Below, in pieces: positions 33,604-39,153 of a stretch of 39,153 nt of DNA. How positions within the stretch are numbered: position 1 is the stretch's first letter; every line of letters starts with the position of its first letter. Source of the stretch: a virus; the IMG/VR virus record IMGVR_UViG_3300044542_000221, one strand, 5' to 3'. The translations under genes were made by a program, and so were the position numbers. The notes under the pieces are model-generated. The model made no database searches, was not told the origin of the DNA, and saw only the letters and a list, made by a program, of their open reading frames with translations.

Positions 33604-34110
33604 ATGGGTGTACCTAATTATATGAGATATAAGATATCTGAACATGCATTTGATAGAATGCAAAAAAGGTTTGGAATACCACGTGGTGAAGCACAAAGAT
33701 GGATTGAACGCTTTTTACAGAATGCTACTTTTTATGCAAGTCAAGAAGCCGGAAAACAAAAATTTAAGTGGAATGAAATTACAGCAATCTTAAATGTAAA
33801 TGATTATGTCGTGATTACAATCTATCCAAAATCAATTGAAGCTGATAAAACAGTAACCAGACAAATTAACCCAGAAATCAAAACAGTTATTAACCGTTCC
33901 CTTGGAGAATTTGTTAAGGCAAAGCGTAACCAGCTTTTAGTCAAAATAAACGGGCCAATGATTGAACTATATGACAGCTGGAGATTGTTGGAAAAAGATA
34001 GCAGTCAAGTGGATTTTAGGCAAAAATTGAATATCGTCAATGAGTTAATCAATAGGAATGATCTAGTGGTTGAGGAAGCAGAGCAAATTATTGGCAAGGA
34101 GGTGAATTGA
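33604..34110 (+). CDS. Hypothetical protein (168 aa)
   Basis: RBS GAGGGGA. It lies directly upstream of the late activator. No motif recognised with confidence. Confidence 0.65.
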   Translation: MGVPNYMRYKISEHAFDRMQKRFGIPRGEAQRWIERFLQNATFYASQEAGKQKFKWNEITAILNVNDYVVITIYPKSIEADKTVTRQINPEIKTVINRSLGEFVKAKRNQLLVKINGPMIELYDSWRLLEKDSSQVDFRQKLNIVNELINRNDLVVEEAEQIIGKEVN

Positions 34111-34113
34111 TTA

Positions 34114-34527
34114 GTGAAAAGATCAACATTTAATTACATTGCAGACATAATACGTGAATATCCAACATCTGAAATGTACATCAAGAAGCGTGAAGATGAG
34201 CTGATAAACAGGTTTCAGGAGTTTAAAGATGAAAATGTTGGCGGTGGTCGAGCACAGAATAAAAAAGATGAGGGTGTTGAGTGCATGGCGATTACGCTAG
34301 CTGAGGACAGACGATTAAATAATCTCAAAAGAAATGAAGAAGCTGTTCGGAAAATTTTAGAGTCGTCTGACCCAGTAACGCGAGATATTATCTATGAACT
34401 TTACTTAAGAGAAAACTGCATTTTAACGCTTGAGGGGATTGCGCAAGAAGCTCACCTGTCAGGTACAGCTGTGAAGAAAAGAAGACTAAAATTTTTTGAA
34501 AAAGTGGCAGCAGAGTTGGGTTTATAG
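34114..34527 (+). CDS. RinA/ArpU-type late gene transcriptional activator
   Basis: 137 aa with a GTG start. The C-terminus LEGIAQEAHLSGTAVKKRRLKFFEKVAAELGL parallels RinA ...IHISDRTAHRIKRKIISRLAEELG. It occupies the last regulatory gene position before the packaging genes. Confidence 0.75.
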   Translation: MKRSTFNYIADIIREYPTSEMYIKKREDELINRFQEFKDENVGGGRAQNKKDEGVECMAITLAEDRRLNNLKRNEEAVRKILESSDPVTRDIIYELYLRENCILTLEGIAQEAHLSGTAVKKRRLKFFEKVAAELGL

Positions 34528-34550
34528 TTTCTAGATTAATAGAGTTGATG

Positions 34551-34597
34551 AAAAGTGTCCAAAAAGTGTCCAATTAGCATTAAATTAAGTGTCAAAA
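34551..34597 (+). promoter_or_regulatory. Three direct AAGTGTC(C/A)AA boxes; candidate activator-binding sites of the late promoter
   Basis: aaaagtgtcca occurs in tandem at 34551-34561 and 34562-34572. A third box, aagtgtcaaaa, lies at 34587-34597. The boxes begin 24 nt downstream of the activator gene. Confidence 0.45.
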
Positions 34598-34599
34598 TG

Positions 34600-35054
34600 A
34601 TAGCATAAGAAACTTAGGGATGAGTTTCCGGGTTATCTCCGATATCAGATCAGCGGTCGATCGAGCCGCTATTTATGTAGTAAATGAGGGACATCCCTCA
34701 TGAGCTGCTAACAATCATTTAACGGATACTTGCTATCTGTTAGATACTAACTGACAACCGGGAAAGACCGATAAACACTCGTGTTAGTGTTCATCACTTC
34801 TGCAGCTGGAAGATAAAAACACTCGATTGTAGCGGAAAATACAGTCACTCGCTAGCGTAAACCGCAAAAAATATTTCTTTCTATCGCTAGCAAAAAAGAG
34901 AATGGCATTTGATTTCGTCCATCGAAAGAAAATGGTGTTTGGATTGCGAAGTCGGTGAAATTCCGACATACATATTTGTCCGGAATGACGTTAAACTATT
35001 ATTTTCCCCAAGAAAATATTTTATCGGTAGCAATCAGTGATGGTTGCTATTTTT
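34600..35054 (+). ncRNA. Candidate large structured noncoding RNA or highly structured late leader (about 450 nt)
   Basis: Stops are dense in all plus frames, with no RBS-start pairs. There are many local hairpins (34652-34670, 34685-34700, 34774-34791, 34913-34927, 34951-34967) and palindromes. The region ends at a terminator. Strand and ends are inferred. Confidence 0.35.
35028..35054 (+). terminator. Rho-independent terminator closing the noncoding region
   Basis: Stem tagcaa/ttgcta with a 10-nt loop, then ttttt. Confidence 0.6.
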
Positions 35055-35108
35055 GTTTACTTTTTAAGGCATTAGAGGTTTAATTTAAGAGGTAAAAATA
35101 TTTGTTTT

Positions 35109-36122
35109 ATGGGGGAATTAAAGTTGACAAAGCAAAAAAGGCGTATTTATTTTGATAGAATTTACCTAGGAAAGAATAATTCGGTTTATTTACCCAGCAA
35201 ATTAAGCACAATATTTGATAATTTTACAAAAAAACAATATGATAGCATACCAGAGCTTGATGTTAATGAAAATCATCTTTATGTGTCTGGCATGAAGAAA
35301 ATTAAACTTAAAGATGATATTGATAAAAGTGTTACGCCGGCTGTTGCTCACAAAAGGTTTGCTTATGCGATTAATATAGCCAGTGTTAACCCAGAGGAGG
35401 ATGTGAAATATGGTGATCTCAACAAAGTGGTTGATAAAAGAGAAAATATTGTAGCACCAAATAAGGGTAAAGATGATGAAGAAGAAGAGGAAGAAGAGGA
35501 AGACGAAGATAATTTGATTGGGCCGCTGGTTGACACACAAGTTCTAATAGACCCAAGTAGAAGAATATTAGCAACTTCTCGTGGAATAAACAGATTAAAC
35601 AAGTGGTATATAAAAAAGTTTATGAAGAATTTATTGGGAGTTGATGTTTTTAATTTACAGATTATTTTAAATAAAAAAGGAATAGAAGATATACGAAATT
35701 TGAATGTCAGAACAAAATTAAGTTATTCGGTTGCTAGTCCTGACCATTTCAAACAGTTTAGGAATGCTAGTAAGAAAGAAAGATCAGAAATGGCTTTTGC
35801 TGAATATATGAAAGCAAATAGTTTTAAAATAGTTATAGATTCTGAAAATATGCCTAAACAATTATTAATAGAGAAGGTCAGCCAACTTTTAAAGGCTAAG
35901 GAAGTAAAGTCCATAAATGTTGAAGGTGTAAATGATGGTCAAGAGGAACAGTTAGATTTGGTTAGGAATAAATTATTACTAGATACAGAGTTAGAATATG
36001 AAGATAATATAAAGGTAAGGAATTATATTAATATGCTTGAAGAAGGCTATCTTAGAATATATGATTTTATAAAAGATACTTTTAATGCTGACGCCATAAT
36101 AGTGAAGGATGATGAAAAATGA
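35109..36122 (+). CDS. Unknown 337-aa protein with an internal poly-acidic linker (cassette gene A)
   Basis: Clean ORF. An alternative TTG start at 35124 lies 7 nt after GGGGGA. The run DDEEEEEEEEDED is at 35472-35510. No catalytic or NTP-binding motif recognised. The sequence is AT-rich. Confidence 0.8.
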   Translation: MGELKLTKQKRRIYFDRIYLGKNNSVYLPSKLSTIFDNFTKKQYDSIPELDVNENHLYVSGMKKIKLKDDIDKSVTPAVAHKRFAYAINIASVNPEEDVKYGDLNKVVDKRENIVAPNKGKDDEEEEEEEEDEDNLIGPLVDTQVLIDPSRRILATSRGINRLNKWYIKKFMKNLLGVDVFNLQIILNKKGIEDIRNLNVRTKLSYSVASPDHFKQFRNASKKERSEMAFAEYMKANSFKIVIDSENMPKQLLIEKVSQLLKAKEVKSINVEGVNDGQEEQLDLVRNKLLLDTELEYEDNIKVRNYINMLEEGYLRIYDFIKDTFNADAIIVKDDEK

Positions 36123-36574
36123 AGGAAGGACGAATAAAAAGGAACATAATTACCATTACCCTAATGGTATTGGTATGTATTGTTGCAGCTTGTTTGAAAT
36201 TTTCTCCTTCTAAAATTGCTAATTTCAGTGATGCAATGAACGGAACGTTGTCTTTTGCAGCGATAGCAACCGCTCTTTTATTTTCGTGTTTTTCTTTGAT
36301 TCCCTCGTTTTCAAATTCAAAGTTAGTGGTTATTTTGAAAGACTTAGGAACAGATATAAAAATAATGGATCGTCTTTTAATAGCGACGTCAATTTTTTTT
36401 GCTGTTTCCATATTTTCTCTTGTTGAATTATTTTTGCCCAGTAGTTCTTCCAGTCCATTTTCTATTTTTCTTACATCTACGTGGTTAGCGTTGTTAGTAG
36501 GAGGAATTAACGAACTTATTGAAATAATAAGGCTAATGTTTCAGGCATTGCAGATGTTTTCAAATGAAAAATAG
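36119..36574 (+). CDS. Unknown 151-aa integral membrane protein, four predicted TM helices (cassette gene B)
   Basis: ATGA overlap with gene A. Helices are IITITLMVLVCIVAACL, LSFAAIATALLFSCFSLI, LLIATSIFFAVSIFSLVELF and FSIFLTSTWLALLVGGI. Confidence 0.8.
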   Translation: MKEGRIKRNIITITLMVLVCIVAACLKFSPSKIANFSDAMNGTLSFAAIATALLFSCFSLIPSFSNSKLVVILKDLGTDIKIMDRLLIATSIFFAVSIFSLVELFLPSSSSSPFSIFLTSTWLALLVGGINELIEIIRLMFQALQMFSNEK

Positions 36575-36581
36575 AATTTTA

Positions 36582-36605
36582 AGCAGCCGTTGAGCTGCTT
36601 TTTTT
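36582..36605 (+). terminator. Rho-independent terminator after the cassette
   Basis: Stem agcagc/gctgct with loop cgttga, then tttttt. Confidence 0.75.
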
Positions 36606-36654
36606 GTACGTGAAAATTAAGGATTAATCTATATACTACGAGGAGGATTTAACT

Positions 36655-36870
36655 ATGAATATACCACATATCAGAATTGAAATAGATGATATTGGGAAAG
36701 TGCCAGCTGTTTATATTGATGGCAAACTTATAAAACATCTAATCGGAGTTCATGTTGACTGGGATACAGCAGATCAAGATGGCATTAAATTGAATTCCTA
36801 TGGTATTGAAGCAGTAGGTGATAATGGCACACAACAAGGATGTGGACAGCAAGAATATTCAAAACTATGA
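36655..36870 (+). CDS. Hypothetical protein (71 aa)
   Basis: Strong RBS GAGGAGGA. ATGA overlap with the next gene. Confidence 0.6.
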   Translation: MNIPHIRIEIDDIGKVPAVYIDGKLIKHLIGVHVDWDTADQDGIKLNSYGIEAVGDNGTQQGCGQQEYSKL

Positions 36871-37652
36871 GTAAACCTATTAAACTATCTCGCCTAAATG
36901 GTAAGCCTACTCTTGTTCCTTATGACGCTGCCAATCGTAAAGACAACGACCGTGCATATAATCAAAGACGGTCTACTAATCAAAGTAAGTACGTGGCGTT
37001 TTACAAGACCAGGGAGTGGCTGCATACCAGACAGCAAGTGCTAACTCGTGACTACCATCTATGTCAACGATGCGGACTTGAAGGTTCATTAGTTGATCAT
37101 ATTGTTCCAAGCAAAGATGATTGGGAAGATCGGCTTAACTTAGATAACCTTCAAACGTTATGCAAGGATTGCCACAGCATTAAAACAAAACGTGAGTGGA
37201 TTAAGCACCATAAGGGGGCTGAAAGATATATGATCATCAAGATGGTATGCGGACTGCCCGGAAGTGGTAAGTCAACTTATGTTAGCAAACACAGGACAGA
37301 TCACGACTTGATATATGATTACGATGTGTTGATGTCAGCCTTATCAGGATTGCCATTGCATGAACGCAATCAAGACATTCATGATTATGTGATGTTGTTC
37401 TATGATCAACTATTACGCAAGCTAAGAGCTGAGAAGACATTCAATAGTGTTTGGATCATACAGACTTATCCTGACGAGCGACTAGATACATTGCTATCTA
37501 ACTATCATCATATTGATCACATATTGATCGATACAGACAAATATATTTGTATTGAAAGATTAAAAAAGCAAAATCGTTTCAACGAAAGAATGAATTCAGT
37601 TTTTAACGAATTTTTAAAAAAAGATTTTGGAAAGTTCCGACGCGTTCACTAG
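36867..37652 (+). CDS. HNH endonuclease (packaging-associated type) fused to a C-terminal P-loop NTPase/kinase-like domain
   Basis: ATG 36867 (MSKPIKL). The HNH motif is CQRCG..GSLVDHIVP...NLDNLQTLCKDCHSIKT. Walker A is VCGLPGSGKST. An internal ATG at 37230 (MIIKMVCG...) lies 11 nt after AAGGGGG. Confidence 0.85.
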   Translation: MSKPIKLSRLNGKPTLVPYDAANRKDNDRAYNQRRSTNQSKYVAFYKTREWLHTRQQVLTRDYHLCQRCGLEGSLVDHIVPSKDDWEDRLNLDNLQTLCKDCHSIKTKREWIKHHKGAERYMIIKMVCGLPGSGKSTYVSKHRTDHDLIYDYDVLMSALSGLPLHERNQDIHDYVMLFYDQLLRKLRAEKTFNSVWIIQTYPDERLDTLLSNYHHIDHILIDTDKYICIERLKKQNRFNERMNSVFNEFLKKDFGKFRRVH

Positions 37653-37811
37653 AAAAATCTTTGAAGCCCCCACCTAAAAGCATCGGGGTGGGGTTTTAAA
37701 AGCGTTCTTGAACGTACGTCCTCTTTTTTGCGTCCCAATTTCTATCAATTTTTAATTCTCTAGTGGTAGGTAGGACCCAAAATTAATGAATGGAAGGAGT
37801 GAAAGTGGGTA
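37653..37811. other. Probable cos/packaging-recognition region between HNH and terS
   Basis: This is the expected position for HNH-dependent cos phages. It contains the GC-rich hairpin ccccacc/ggtgggg (37668-37693) plus tttt, the palindrome acgtacgt and repeated cgtcc. No termini can be defined from sequence alone. Confidence 0.3.
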
Positions 37812-38393
37812 ATGGCTAGAAAACAAAAGCTACTATCGAAATCAACAGCTAATTTAACTGTTTTACAGCAGGAAGCTAAATTTAAAGCGGAATTCTTAGC
37901 AGCAGATGGACTGCCAGAACTGCAAAGAACTCCGCCAAATCATTTAAAGGGGGCTGCAAAACAAGAATATAAAAGAATTGTCCAAAGCGTTGGAAAGTTA
38001 CCACTTAGAAATCTTGATAGAGCTGAACTTGAAAATTATTGTACATGGTATGGAATATACAAAGATATCTCAATTCGAATTCAAAAATATGCGGTGATGA
38101 TTCCAGAAGCTGAAAAAGAATTGGAACGTGCTGAGAGAAGATTAAAGACAGCTGACCAAGATTCAGATAAAGAGACACTAAAGAAAATAATGGCAGAGTT
38201 AAAAAGAGCTTCTTCAGATTTAGACAATTTAGAGTTTAAACGAGATACGGAAATTAAGCATTTAGATAAAGCTACAAAAAGTTTGAAGGGCCTTGCATCT
38301 GATCTGGGATTGAATGTCAATTCACGGATGCAGATGAATATGCCTAAAACTGATGAAGACAAGCCAAAATCAATTAAGGGGGTATTTGGATGA
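37812..38393 (+). CDS. terS: Terminase small subunit, P27 family
   Basis: 193 aa. The pattern TPPNHLKGAAKQEYKRIV..L....LDRAELENYC.WYGIY matches Terminase_4. ATGA overlap with terL. Confidence 0.85.
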   Translation: MARKQKLLSKSTANLTVLQQEAKFKAEFLAADGLPELQRTPPNHLKGAAKQEYKRIVQSVGKLPLRNLDRAELENYCTWYGIYKDISIRIQKYAVMIPEAEKELERAERRLKTADQDSDKETLKKIMAELKRASSDLDNLEFKRDTEIKHLDKATKSLKGLASDLGLNVNSRMQMNMPKTDEDKPKSIKGVFG

Positions 38394-39153
38394 CATTTGA
38401 TAATCCAATGCCTTTTTTCGTTGATCGTGTTTCAGACGGGTCTTTGATTGTAGGTAAAGCTGTTAACTCAGCAGTCAAAAGGCACCTTAACGATTTAAAA
38501 AAATCTGATTGGCGATGGAAATTTGATGAAAATCTTGCGGGTAAAGCAGTTAAGTTCATGGAATTGCTTCCTGATCCCAAAACGAGAAAACCAAACGAAT
38601 TAGCGCCATTTCAAAAATTTATAATTGGTTCAATTTACGGGTGGGTTGATAAAAATAATTCATCAATCAGACGATTTACTGATGTTTTTATTTCAATGGC
38701 TCGGAAAAATGGCAAATCATTGCTTATTTCGGGCGTTATTCTTTATGAATTTTTGTTTGGGAAAACACCGCCTAGAAATAGGCAGTTGTATACAGCTGCA
38801 AATGATAGAAAACAGGCAGGAATTATATTCGGGATGGTCAAGGATCGTTTAAAAGAGCTAATGGTTAAAGACGAAGGCATAAAGCGTATGTGCCAGATTA
38901 AACGTGATGAGATCATCAATCTGGATGATGGTTCTATCATACGTTCATTTTCAAGAGACGCAGGGCTTGTTGATGGTTATGAACCTCATGTGGCAGTTGT
39001 TGATGAATACGCAAATGCTAAGACGACAGACATGATTGAAACCTTAGCGTCAGGCCAGTTGTTGCTGCCAAGCTATTTGACTTTCATTATTTCGACCGCT
39101 GGTTTTGATATGAACGTTCCAATGTTCACTCAAAATTATCCTTATGCTAAAAA
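38390..39153 (+). CDS. terL: Terminase large subunit, N-terminal ATPase part (runs off the window and continues at 1..1070)
   Basis: Not in the ORF track because no stop falls in the window. Translation is MTFDNPMPFFVDR...FISMARKNGKSLL (Walker A)...PHVAVVDEYA (Walker B)...MIETLASGQ, which continues as ORF 6..1070. Confidence 0.92.
   Translation, partial: MTFDNPMPFFVDRVSDGSLIVGKAVNSAVKRHLNDLKKSDWRWKFDENLAGKAVKFMELLPDPKTRKPNELAPFQKFIIGSIYGWVDKNNSSIRRFTDVFISMARKNGKSLLISGVILYEFLFGKTPPRNRQLYTAANDRKQAGIIFGMVKDRLKELMVKDEGIKRMCQIKRDEIINLDDGSIIRSFSRDAGLVDGYEPHVAVVDEYANAKTTDMIETLASGQLLLPSYLTFIISTAGFDMNVPMFTQNYPYAK
39027..39153. repeat. Second copy of the 127-bp terminal repeat
   Basis: Identical to 1..127. 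Confidence 0.9.

Noticed and set aside
34784-34969. Minus-strand 61-aa ORF inside the structured noncoding region.
   Set aside because: It has no RBS, random-looking Arg/Phe/Ser-rich composition and barely exceeds the cutoff. It does not explain the 580-bp gap.
35202-36411. Minus-strand ORFs overlapping cassette genes A and B (35202..35540, 35363..35602 with a poly-Ser run, 35723..35914, 36082..36411).
   Set aside because: They are antisense shadows of the AT-rich cassette genes. The poly-Ser run is simply the complement of the poly-Glu codons.
38374-38940. Track ORFs 38374..38580 (-), 38625..38852 (+) and 38743..38940 (-).
   Set aside because: They lie inside the terL N-terminal coding region (38390 onward), which the track missed because it has no stop in the window.

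Overview
The window holds one complete, circularly closed genome of a temperate, low-GC siphovirus of the Lactobacillales type with HK97-like head genes. The unit length is 39026 bp, and bases 1-127 recur exactly at 39027-39153. Gene order from the junction: terL (split by the window ends), portal, an odd Dam-like ORF, prohead protease, and major capsid with an Ig-like ORF in the -1 frame. Next come connector genes, major tail protein, G/GT chaperone with an A_AAA_AAA slip site, a 1375-aa tape measure, Dit, and a 1286-aa Tal/fibre fusion. The lysis cassette has a holin and a signal-peptide GH25/LysM endolysin. It is followed by an autonomous accessory (moron) cassette (HTH-M78 peptidase plus DUF4411 PIN-like protein) and a terminator-rich attP region. 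The lysogeny module, on the minus strand, has a tyrosine integrase, a Sie-like membrane gene and a CI (S24) repressor facing Cro across a switch with three operators. Early genes include a DnaD-like initiator carrying in-gene 24-bp iterons, an HNHc-like protein and an HNH_3 endonuclease broken by an in-frame TGA. Three self-promoted minus-strand accessory genes are present: an 82-aa ORF, a Zn-ribbon-DUF4145 protein and TspO. A RinA/ArpU-like late activator is followed by a 580-bp ORF-free, hairpin-rich region. After that comes an unrecognisable, translationally coupled two-gene cassette (337 aa plus a 151-aa four-TM protein), then an HNH-P-loop fusion and terS. The most interesting loci are the structured region plus cassette at 34528-36605, the M78/DUF4411 pair, phage-borne TspO, the DUF4145 gene and the degenerate Dam-like gene in the head module. 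All family names come from motif recognition by eye. No searches or folding programs were run, and several start codons are judgement calls.
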